DNA of 64,000 nt from Basidiobolus meristosporus CBS 931.73 (taxonomy: Eukaryota > Fungi > Basidiobolomycota): assembly GCA_002104905.1 (NCBI GenBank), contig MCFE01000295.1:1-64000 (forward strand). The letters are read 5' to 3'. Each line of letters starts with the position of its first letter. Position 1 is the first letter of the stretch. Made by a program: the position numbers and the translations under genes. This document shows positions 32,601 through 44,350 of this stretch, piece after piece. The notes below the pieces were generated by a model that made no database searches, was not told where the DNA came from, and saw nothing but the letters and a program-made list of their open reading frames with translations.

Positions 32601-35600
32601 TCACTTCTGGGATATTCCTGAGCACTGATTCTGTCTGAACCACAGTTGTAGAGTCCTCTGGAGTGAAAAAATTTTCATTGTTTGCTCTGATTCAATCCTG
32701 AAAATTGGTGGACTTGAGATCAAATTCCGTCATCATCTGATGTCATTTTTTGTGAAAATTTTGAATTTTCATCAAACAACACATCCCTTGACTTGATTGG
32801 CTTCTTTGCTTTGGTATTGTAGAGTCTGTATGCTTTACTCTCATTGCAGTAGCCCAAAAATATGCATTTCACACTTTTTGGCACAAATTTTGACTGATTT
32901 CCGGCCAGTTTTTTGGCATATGCTGTACAGCCAAATATTCTTAGATGTTCTGCACTTGGTCTGTATCCATACAATGCTTCAAATGGAGTAGAATCACAAA
33001 GTATTCTGTTATAACTCCTATTTTTCAGGAATACAGCAGTGGCAACCGATTCCGCCCAAAAATCATAGGATAATTTTTGATCATGGATCATAGATCCTGC
33101 CATATCAATTATTGATCTGTTAGCCTGTTCTGCTACTCCATTTTGCTGTGGGGAGTATGGCACAGTAGTCTCTTGCTTTATCCCATGAATTTTGCAGAAG
33201 TGGATGAAGAGTTTTGAGGTATATTCTCCACCATTGTCAGAGCATATTTTCTTGATTTTTTCACCAGTTTCTCTCTCTATCATGGCTTTCAACTCCTTGA
33301 GCTTAGACAGAGCTTCTTCCTTTCTCTCCATGATGTAGACCCATGTGTATCTTGTATAATCATCAATAAAAGTGATTAAATACTTCATCCTGCCTAAGGA
33401 TAAATTTTGCATAGGTCCACACAGATCTGAGTTAATTAGATCTAATTTTTTCTTAGTTTTGATCAACCCAGAGCTCTTGAACAGTTGTCTGGCTTGTTTC
33501 CCATATATGCAGGCTTCACAGTGTTCCAAATTTGCTGGGGGATCAATTTTTACTCCAGAAATTAGCTGATCTTTGATCATTTTGCACAAATAATCAAAAT
33601 TGATGTGCCCAAATCTCCTGTGCCAAAGCATTGGTATTTCTTCATTTAAGTTATTTATATTGGCTTCCAAATATGATGGAATATAAGTCAACTTGTATAG
33701 GTTCTGATCTCTGATACCCAAAGCAATAAGGGCACCATTTTGATCTGTGATCTTGCATCCTAAATTGTCAAAGCTGAAACTGAGTCCTTCTGCAGTGGCC
33801 TTGCTTACAGATAGTAGGTTCTTGGCTATATCTGGTACATAGAGTACTTCTTTAAAGGTCAGTGTATGGCTTCCTTCACTGCTTCTTAGGTTTACTTGGA
33901 TATTTCCTTCTCCCACTGCATCAAGTGTTCTATTGTCACCCATGAAAACTTTCTTGATTGGAATTTCTTGATATTGGGTAAAAAGTTCTTTTTGGTGTGC
34001 AAAGTGTTTAAATGCTCCAGAGTCAATATACCATGTCTGAGAATCCTTGTTTGTGGTCATATTTAGCTCAGATATGAATTGTCTATCTTCAGTTTTGGCA
34101 GCATTTCCATATTCAGGCTTCTTTTGCTGATTATCTTTCTTTATTGAGACACCAGTCTGATGTGTGTCCTTTCCTTTTGCAGTACTTACAAAACAGATTG
34201 CTGTTGCCTTTGTAAGGTCTTGGGTACCTCCTTTGTTGGTTATCATTGCTTATTAAAACATTTTCTTCTTCCTTCTTATTAGCTCTTGATTTTCTTAATT
34301 CTTCATCCAGGAGCCTTCCATATATGTAATTTAAGGTCAAATCTTCAGTTCTGGACTCTAGGGCTGATACAAGGCCCTGAGACTTGTCTGTAGGCTATTC
34401 AGGATGGTAACTATCACATCCTCATCAGTAGTTGGTATGCCCACAGATTCCATCTCATCTACCAGCAGGGTAATTCTGTTAATTAGATTTTTCATTTCTT
34501 CTCCTGGCAGCATCTTTGTAGTAAAGAATATCCATCTCAGATACATTTTCTTAGCACCTGAACATGACTGGTAGGTGTCTTCTAATGCCTTCCAGGCATT
34601 CTTTGCTGTTTTTGCTCTTGAGCATTGAATTAGCAATTTGTCCTTGACATTAAGGCAAATGCAGTTAAAGGCACTTGTTCTTTCTTCTGGTAATTTAGGC
34701 TTCCTCTGCCATGTTTTTAGGAGGGCATTCTTCTCCCATGACAATATCCCAAAGGCCTCTTTCTTGTAGCAGCATCTTCATCTTCACCTTCCATACTTGG
34801 TAGTTAGATCCATTCAACTTTTCAGCAGAGGGAAAAGTTCCAGTAATAGCAATACTAGACATTGCAGAGAGTGACAGCTCAGGGCTCATAGCCTGTTGTA
34901 AGAGTCTTGGAGATATTGGAAGTGATTTGGAGAACAAGTAGATTATGTGGTTTTCACTTAATGATTTATTAAATATAAAAGTAGTGTTTATACTTTTACC
35001 TGGTCTTGGCACTACAAACACATTGAGTAGGTCAAAAAAGGTCCCAAGAACATGTGTGCAAAGTTCAGGGCTGTTTGGACAACTTTGAGAATTTTCATGA
35101 TCTGGGTACCTGGTATTTTGGTGAAAATATTCTAAGTAAATCCCAACAAGGAATTTGGTCAGTATCCTCTAAGATTTGAAGGTAGTGATCTAAATGACTA
35201 AGTTAGGTGAGTATTTAGGTGGAATTAAGAATTTTTACAACAATATCAGTATCATGCCTCAATGGAGCAGAATCAAAAAGTAATCTGCTTTAACTTTTAT
35301 ATTTAGGTTATACAGCTGTGGCAACTGATCTGGCCTACATATCAAAGGATTATTCTTGATCATGGAACATAGATCTTGCCATATCAACTATTGATCTGTT
35401 TGCCTATTCTGCTATTCCACTTTGCTGTGGGGAATACAGCACAGTAGTATCTTGCATTATACTATGAATATTGCAGAAGTAGATGTAGACTTTTGCGGTA
35501 TATTTGCTACTTATAAGTAAATCCTGACAAGAAATATGGTCAGTACTTACTACAATATGTTGATCATGATCTAAATGACTAAATTAGGTGAGTATATAGG

Positions 35601-36529
35601 TGGAATTGCATATTTTTACAACTCTCCTACTCAATTTAGTGTCTGTACAGACTAGTCCCAATTTGGATCTAGATATCCCAATTTGTCTCTGGTTAGCGGC
35701 TTAGTAAGTTTGTCTGTAATCATTTCATCAGTAGTGCAGTGTTCTAATTTGGGTAAGTTATATATTATAGCCTCATATGAAATGATGACTAATGTTTAGG
35801 TATAGCATGAAAAGTAGGATATCTACCTAACTGAATACATTCCTGATTATCTTGAAATAAGAGATAGGCATTTTTTGAGACAATCATATATCTCCAAGAA
35901 GCTTTCTTAAGTGCATTGACTCTTTTGTATCTTCATGGACTTCCATAAACTCTACCTTGGTAGTTAAAAGTGTTAGAGTTGGTTGCTTTGTTGAATTCCA
36001 TGAAATTCATCCATTACAGTAAAGAAAGGGGTATACTCTGGTGGGTTTCTGTCTTCTATCAGAGTATCACAAAAGATCCTTCTCTGAATCATTAGAGGTG
36101 TACCTTAGGCAGATATCATCAGTTTGCTTCAGGTATCTATAATCTGCATAACTGCTACAATTTGATCAATTCTATAGATCTTAATATGCTGACTGACAAC
36201 TCCCACTGAATACGATATATCCTGATATGTTCCAAGCTTAATATACATGAGACTGCTAGCCATAAATTGGTAAGGGAGTATTGGGCTTTCAGATGGTACC
36301 AAGCTTTCTTGATTTAGTTGAGTTTTGACCAAGATGATAGGTATCCTCATTGGGGTAGCAGCCAGTTTACAGTCTTCCTTATGGTACTTCTTTAGTATAT
36401 CTTGTATACACCTGGATTGCCTTAGAATAATAGTCTGGGTACTTCTGTCTTGGTAGGACATTATCCTTGAGTAGTAACTGAGTTCTCTTACACTGGACAT
36501 CTTGAATACCTCACATAGGCTGGATTTAG
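26608..36529 (-). mobile_element. Tandem array of internally deleted copia family-A units, period about 2.42 kb (partial LTR, PPT, RNaseH/RT, partial integrase), hosting the full-length element at 30564-35242
   Basis: 27640/30064 and 29052/36129 ORF pairs are near-duplicates. The same integrase-to-LTR junction occurs near 28410 and 35515. Confidence 0.8.
30564..35242 (-). mobile_element. Full-length but decayed Ty1/copia element (family A); 349-bp LTRs at 30564-30912 and 34894-35242; TSD ATATC
   Basis: TG...CA LTRs, PBS GGCTATGAGCCC next to the 5-prime LTR, PPT TGAGTGGGAG next to the 3-prime LTR. Order gag (UBN2-like), PR (WYIDSGA), integrase (HRRFGH, SDLCGP, SDNGGEY), RT (LYVDD), RNaseH (YSDADW). 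ATATC on both flanks. Confidence 0.93.
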
Positions 36530-39500
36530 CACTATGAAGAATTATTTGGTCTTAGGGGTGGATCCAATCCATATCAGCCATCAGGATCCTGTTTGGAGAC
36601 CATTGTAATACCAGCAGCTTGAAATTAGTGACCCTCTTAATGGTCTTTTGATGGGATCACAATAGTGTTTAGCTCATTTTGCTGCCAAATAAAGTAATAA
36701 AATTGGACAGGGTTCAGTTGGTCCTGTATCAGTAATTGCATGGCAGTGTTGCAGTCTTAATGCACACTACAACTATTTTAAATGGTTCTAACCAGCCAGT
36801 TCATCCAATTGCCTTATATGGAAAAACACTTGTTGGTGTTTTAATGGCCTCCTTGCAAGTCTCTTATGGCATTATGATGGCAGTATGGTGGCCTATAGCC
36901 AGTTCTGTATAATTTTACCATACCAATTTACCAAACGGTATTTCCTTTTCTACCTCCACTTGTGCAATTCATGTTTTCTACTGTAGAATCACCCCTCTTC
37001 ATTTGCTTACCCACTACTACCTTGGGTATTCCAGTATAGTTCAAATCAATAAACTCTATGGCCTCCTGCTTACCAACCTCTACAAATGTGCATGCCTACA
37101 GCAATTGTCATACTTCTATCTCCACAACTTCATGGCTTTGTGGTGTGATACTTGCAAAGTTGCCATATACCTTGTATAACTGGTAACATATACATCTTGT
37201 AAACATATGCTTGGTTGCTGCCACTTCTGCCATGAATACCTCCTGAATATCTGCAAAGAACATTTTGGTATTTAGCCAATATATTCCTTCTCCCAGCTGG
37301 ATTCTAGTCCCCCTTATAGGTGTGCTCTGGCTTTTGTTTGTGTGAGTTCTGTATTGAATGGTGTTAATGTTGGCTTGTGACCAAGTGAAGTCCAGCATAC
37401 TTTGATAGAGCTTTCCTAATAAATATTAGTTGCTTGTTGCTCCCAACCCAACTTTGCATTACTTGACTGATTACCCATGCCTTGGGGCTGCTTAGCTTCT
37501 TAATTCCATAGACATAGATGTCTCCATGTGCACATCTGTTCCCAATATTTTCCAACTCTTCCTGGCTGTCCACCATGTACCAACTCATCAGATCCATCTT
37601 GGACTTGAAGATAATATCCTTGATGAGGTTGAGATATGGTAGTACCGGCAACTTAACTAGTCTTCCTATCTCCCCACACATTTGCTCCATAGATATCTCA
37701 CAAAAGGTGAAGCAAGGCCCAATATTGTCCACACACCATGCAAGATGGTGTAGAGAATGGATACAGTAGCTGCAGAGATCTATGCATTCAGCTATATGAT
37801 TGTAGTATAGCCGCTCAAATCCTGTTACAAACTCCTTACACAACAGCTGGAGAGGTGTCAAGTTGGCATTGATGATCCACTTTGTGATAATTATCCCTAC
37901 AATGTCCATATATGACTCCCAGTGCTTCCAATGTACACTTGGTAGAAATGGCTTCAGAATGCCTCCTGAATAAATACATATTCAGTTCATCCAGTCTTTG
38001 CATTTGTATTGTTGCAGAAGCATATGAATATTGATTGGGGCCCATAAGAAGTACTTAGGATAGTGGATACTCTGTAATATCTTGCCAATTCTTTCAAATT
38101 TTGCTGGTATCTCCAATGGTTCATTTAGCTTGCAACACCCCATGTACAACTTGGTCATCTGTATAGGAATATTGATGAAGCAGCAAATGCAATGCTCCCA
38201 GTGGAAAGCTTTTGCTCCAGTGGGTACCCTCTATCTTAAGTATCTCTGGTTTCCAATTGATTTTATATTTTAGCCAATGGCTTATAGCTTGCCAACTTTA
38301 CTATAATTGCATGATTACTTCTGTACATTCTCTTGGTGGGAGGACAATGTTCTTAGTGTTTATGTTCAGGTAATAATAATTTGTGTGAGTAATTGAGTAA
38401 ATCATCTGGATCTTGCACAGTCAACAGCAATATCATCCATTGTGCCTGGAAAAGCTATCTATCTTGCTGATGGCTAGGGTATCTTCAATGCGGATGAAGA
38501 TATGTGCATTGACATGACAGCCATTTACTGTTATCCTGCTGAAAGCATACAAAACTCATCCAGCAATGGATACAGTTAGCTATCCAGGTTGGACGGTGAT
38601 TTAGGCCTAAATACCAGTGAAACCACCATCAGATTTTTACTTTGATACCATGTGATAGGTGGCAGATCCAGGTTGATGAGAATCAGTGGGCAGCAGGATT
38701 TGCTGCCAGAGTACTTGTTTAATGGGAATCCATCAAGTGCTCAGGCAGAGGCATGGTCATACATACCTTCAGAGTAGCCCTGGCTTCTTAGCTATTTGTA
38801 ATGTTTGTCATTGAATACATTGCATGTGGGTTATTACTGACTGTACTTGGTGAGTGGGAGAGCTTGTAGGTCAAGTCAGTATCACTTGGTTCAGAATTGC
38901 TTCTGATAGAAGGTAGCAAGGTAATAAAGACTTGTGTTTATTTCATCCCAAATCACCTTGTTCTCTTACTTGGTTCAATTGGGTAGATATATATCACTTG
39001 AGGGCTTAGATAATAGACAATGTGTTATAAAATAGGGGTGTGAACACCTTCCTGTTATGGTAAGTGTTCTAACTAGATAAGGGCAGGGATAGTAGGGAGG
39101 GCACATGGGGGAATCATAGGGAGGATACTGGGGGACTTTGGGTAAGACTCTTGGGAGAACTCTTGGGCAAAGAGTGGGTACTGCATTTAGTACTCACATT
39201 GCATACATTTACGCTTGATTGATACTCAGTACAGTACTTTATAGCGTTGCAACATTTGCCTGACTGCATATGCTTCTTTAGACAGGGTAGTACTGGAATA
39301 TATCCAGAGTGTGAACAATGTTTTTCCTCAATGGTGGTGGATTTCAGACAATTAGGACATGTTGCAAGGGTGGTATTTTTGGATGTGAATGCCATGCAAC
39401 TGCTAACACATGCTGGAATCAGGATAGTCCTGGGGTCATATGTTGCCAGCCTCATGATGGTTGTCCACTTGTACCATGTAGGTGGTTAGTTGTATCCCAG

Positions 39501-42500
39501 AATGATTTGGCAGGAAGTAGTAGTAAATTGGCAAAGCCCCCATTACTGATATTAGTGGAAACACGCCACTTCTGTAGTCACAATAATACATTGCTCACCA
39601 GTAGATGGATTACTGGGCTTGCTTGGCTCCATAAAGTAACCTTGGCATTTGTTTCAATGGGTGCTGTCTCATTGCATATTGGAATTTGACTGGGCTCATG
39701 CATAGTACTGTTGATCAGGGGAAATAGACTTACAGTCCATCAGTGTGCCTTCTTCAGCAGGCTGAGGTGAGCCCAAAGACATCACAAACTCATCTGACTC
39801 AAGTTGCGCAAGGTTACAAAGACAGCCAGGTGCAAATATACAAGTATCAACTTGCTGGCAAGACAATGTTGGTAGAGTAGTGACTGATGAATGTTATGAA
39901 TAGACACAAGGCAGGAGAGTAGGGCTAGGCAAGGCAGGACCAGGAAAGGACTTAGGTGTGGTTCAACAAGGCAACGCAGATTTCCAAGGCAAGGCTGTTT
40001 ATTCAAGACCTCTGTTTATCAGACTCAAGAATACATAAGGGGGGATAGGATATATATACGTTTTGGCAATATGGATGCCAAGAGATATTGGCTAATACTG
40101 ATGGGGTTTTGGGGTGAGGCACAGTAAGTGTGCCAAGATAGAAAATACTAAAGAGCAAACTAGAATATCACATGGGGATATGTCAGGAGTCAGCTGATCA
40201 TGTGACCAGGTCATGTGACATTCAATTACCATATATAGAATGGGACTACATAAACTCCAATGGGAAGCTTCCATAGAATGCTCCATTGTGTAATGTCAAC
40301 TTGGAGTTTTCAAGAAGTTGCTAGAATGTAGTAGAACTTTCTAGAAGGAACTGAAATTTCTTCACTGACTTGATTTGGCTAGATAACTGGAGACCAGGGA
40401 TGTCATGTGATCATGACAATGCATGGTCAAATATGACATGTGTGGCAAAATACTGGCCATGATCCTTGTAATACTTCCTATACTGTCTGCATGCTCCATG
40501 GCTAAGAGGCTTGCAACAAAAGCCATACAGACTTTTTTCTCTTCTCTTATGGCATTGAATCACAGTAGTCTTGTCCATTGGGCAAACAATTTGACCTTCA
40601 ACAACATAACACTATTATATCACTTTTTGTTCAATACTCATGTGAATTTAAGACAACCTTGTATTTGAGACATGGCACCTTCCTGAATGTTAAGATTCAA
40701 CTAATGACTTGCCATAGTAAGCATTATAAATAAAGTTGTGGCACTACATACCCACATATATGTAACACTGTTTCCCGTTTGGTTTGACTCACTTCCATTT
40801 ATATATGCCACCAAAAAATAAAGCAAAGTTGTCTGGTTCTTAACTAAGCCCCACAGCTGACAGCAGTGGAAAATGGTTGGACAACAGCTTGCTGGGCATT
40901 CAGTGCAACAAGCAGGGCTACATTTAAAAAAGTTCATGTTAAAAATGTGACCACTAAAGGTAATAATGGTGACTCCTCAGGCTCTCAGTCAAGTAGGCAA
41001 TTGAGAACCTCTGCAGAGACACAAGCTGACTGTTATGCTCAGGCAGATGACAGTGTAGCAAACACCATACCTTTAGTTGAAGATCAGCTAGTAACTGTCA
41101 TAACATCACTGCCATCTGAATTAGCAAGTATTTTGTCAGTTCATACCAAAGCATTAATGAAGCAATTAGGTGCAGTGGCTGATAGAATAAATGCAAAGGC
41201 CCAGAGATATCAGGAAATAGTCCAGAAATAGGATCAGTGGACAAAAGGTGTAGAGCAATCAATATCCCTGGTAGAGAAAGCAGTATCTTTGCTGCAAAGA
41301 AGGAACTCAAGTAGCTCAATGTCACAGCCAAGAATTGAGCCATTTCCTGGTGTAACAGCAGAGGAACACTGTGCAGTCTTTGAAGCACACCAACAGTGCC
41401 CAAAGATAAAGCCCACTAAAAACCTATCACAGCATGGGTGGGAGACAATGTGGTGTTTACACTGAAGCCTAAAAGTCAAAAGGCATAGAAGATCTGTGAA
41501 GCCTTTGAGTGCAATAATGAAATGTGTGCTAATATTCAAGAGGCTGTCGGAAGTCTAGCATGCCATCACCTTAAGACTGGCATACCATAGGACCATCAGC
41601 AACTCAAGGCCAAGCAGAATGAACTTGACTTGTTTTATGACCATTATCCTGGATTCAAACGGGGCAAATGTATTTTGGGCCAGCATTTGTATTCTAAGAA
41701 AGTATCTTAAGAATAGCACAAACTATTAAATGCAGAAGAATAAGGGTGCTGAGGCTAAAAACCAGCAGCTTCCTCAAGAGCCTGCTGCAGGCTGGGCAAA
41801 AAGCTCCAAACAAGCATCAAAGAGTAGTCAGGTAGCTGGAAGAGTGCCAATAATGGACAAGCAGGCTGAAACAGATGCACCTGCCCAACACTTATCAAGG
41901 AAAAAGCACAGTATCACTCAAAAAGTTTCTAGTCCAAGTAGCAGTGAAGGACCTGGTGGTGATGAAAACTGTGGCTTTCTCAGGAGCCTGTCACAACTAT
42001 GGCTGAGAGCTCAAAGCAAGCAATAAAGTAACATTAAGTTGCTACAAGAGTGCCAGCAAGGGGCAAGCAGGCCAAAATGTATGCATTTGAGCAGAACTTA
42101 TCAAGATGAAAACATAGTTCATTACAAGAAGCACTCAGACAAAGCAGCAGTGAAATAATTGGCAGTGATAAAGGAAAAGGTAAAGGGAAAATGTCTACCC
42201 AAGCCTGAGACAGGGAAGCATGCAAAAGAAGCTGCAGGTCTTGCAAATTAACGTGGTAAGCCTAGAACAGATTGAATCCCATCACAGCTGCGAAGAATTA
42301 CCTACAAGAAAACAGCTGTTTTCATAAGAGTTGGAAGTGCAGGCAGTTGAGCTGCACTCCAGCAAGGTAGGTTTGTATGCAGAGAAAGGCAATTTGTCTA
42401 CCACAGCCTCCATGTCCTTCATTTTTGACAGAGTAGGGATCCTGCTGAGTGACAAGGCTACAGTGTGAAGAATTCAAAAGACTATCACAGAGCCTTCAGA

Positions 42501-42975
42501 GGAATTTTGGAATATTAGCAAGACATCAAGAGATTGCAGCACTTCCTCAAGAGCAGTGCTCAAGAAAATGCACTTGAATAATTCAAGGATTTATTGCAAG
42601 GACTGGCAGATGAGGTGCTAGACCGTGCAGTGCTGGCTGAAGACCAGGCCATGTGGGAACCAGTGAATGAACAGTGGCATCAAGCCGTTGTGTTCCTGCC
42701 AGAGTCATGGAAACAGAGCATTACAGCAGAATATACTTATTGAGTGTGGGTCTGGGCTTAATGCTAGTGTAGGGTATAGGGACTTGTATAGGTCAATACA
42801 ATTGGCAATTGAGGTACAACTGAAGTTTCAATGATAATAAATCAATTTGTATGCATAAAAAGTAAGAGAAACAGTTGAGTCAGGAAATGAGGAGTGTGAA
42901 AAAGAGGCAATAGCACATCAATATACACAAACATAGGAGTTAATTGAGTGTCAGGGATCAGAAAGTGAGCAAATT
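36530..42975 (-). mobile_element. Degenerate CMC/EnSpm(CACTA)-like DNA transposon, family Z copy 1: transposase on the minus strand (about 36900-39880) and divergent second ORF region on the plus strand (about 40700-42700)
   Basis: FERLYY...CIHSLHHL...IGPC...MEQMCGEIG and C..AFT....CP.C...YIP.LP motifs of fungal Tnp2-type transposases. CACTA pentamer at 36530, exactly where copia RT sequence stops. Homologous to 48890-60120 and 60121-62045. Confidence 0.65.
39892..40418. mobile_element. Probable solo LTR, 527 bp, of an unidentified LTR family inserted in the Z element
   Basis: Ends TGTTATGA...TCATGACA (7/8 inverted match), flanks ATGAA/ATGCA (4/5 TSD). Contains TATA-like and AATAAA-like signals on the minus strand and repeated CATGTGA and CTAGAA motifs. 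Confidence 0.55.
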
Positions 42976-44330
42976 CAAAATAGAAATTTATCTTGCAATT
43001 CCAGGCTCTTGGTGACTGATTGACACTATATAGAATTTTCATGCTTGCATACCAGATGAGGGTCCTCCTGGTCAACAGGCCCATCAGGCTGATGCATATG
43101 TATGTCCTCAACAAGCTCTTCATTCAAAAAGGCAGCTTTTGCATTATTCTGATCATTAAAAGCTCAAATATGGCTGCAATAACTAATAGACTTGTTCCAT
43201 TGCGCCATTGATTATAGTGCCAGAAAGTGCTGTATATTTTGTTATTAATTTGATATTTTAGGGTTATATGAATGTCAATTTAGATCCCAAATTGGCACTG
43301 TATGGCACCACATGGCACTCTGTGGCACAATCAGGCACCATCTGGCATGCTATGGCACTATTAGGCGCTGTGATCAGCTGGAATGATGGAACAAGTCTAA
43401 TATCAATCTAATGAAATTAAACTTGGCTACTGGTGAAAAGGTCTCAATATAATCAAGTCCTTTGGTTCAAGACTAACCTTTGGCCACAGGTCTTGCTTTG
43501 TATTGTTCATATGTGCCATCAGCCTTGTATTTTGTCTTGAAGACCCACCTGCATCTAATGGATTTCTGGTTGATTAGTAATTTGACTAAGTCCCAGGTTT
43601 AATTTTCAATCAGTGCCTGATACTCTTAACTCATTGCAGAGATTCAAAACCTTGTCTGAGGGCCATTTGAGGCCTCATTTACAGTCTAGGGGCACATCAA
43701 TATGGACTGCATAGGCATAGGCCTAGTTTGTACTCTCATTGATATACAATAAGTTGACTTTTACTGGTCCAATTGGATTTCCTGGCTTGTGATGCTGGAA
43801 TGATCACTTCTGGGATATTCCTGTGCACACTGACTCAGGCTGAGCTACAGTTTTAGAGTCCTCTGGAGTGAGAAAATATATACTATTCTTCACTGATTGA
43901 ATTGTGACTCAGAGCAGGCTTGAAGATCAAATTTTTGTGATCATCTTGATGTCATTCTTTATACAAAGTTGGAAGATTTATAAGACAATATATGCCTTAT
44001 AATGGATAGCTTTTTTGCTATGGTAATGTAGAGTCCATATGTCTCACACTCATTGGTGTAGTCTGAAAATACGCATTTGAATCTCTCTAGCTGAAATTTC
44101 AACTGATTTGTAGTCAGTTACTTTGCTTGTGCTGTACACCCAAATACTATTAGATGTTCTGGCATTTGATCTATATTCATGTCATGCCTCAATGAGGCAG
44201 AATCACCAAGCTTCCTGATGTAGCTCCTATTCTAAAGCTACACAGCTGTGGCAGCTGATTTCACTCAGAAACCAATGGAAATCTTTGATCATGGATTGTA
44301 GATGAAGCCAAGTCCTCCTGCTGTGGTCTT
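42976..44330 (-). mobile_element. Degenerate copia family-A-related RT/integrase remnant
   Basis: Aligns by eye with 31980-33100 (ccatcagccttgtattttgtcttgaagaccca, etc.). Many stops. Confidence 0.8.
43189..43397. mobile_element. 209-bp MITE with perfect 12-bp TIRs and TAATA target duplication
   Basis: GACTTGTTCCAT (43189-43200) and ATGGAACAAGTC (43386-43397), TAATA on both sides. Removing it restores the copia RT sequence gcaataactaatatcaatc at the same length as the intact copy near 32190. Confidence 0.88.
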
Positions 44331-44350
44331 GCTTACAGAAATTAGGCTCC

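Noticed and set aside
43215-43219. TAGTG as the right-hand CACTA terminus matching 36530
   Set aside because: It lies inside the MITE, shares only 6 bp with the 36530 end, and is separated from Z sequence by copia RT.
43294-43370. CRISPR-like repeat-spacer array
   Set aside because: Repeats are 5 bp with 5-bp spacers, in a eukaryotic context with no cas genes.
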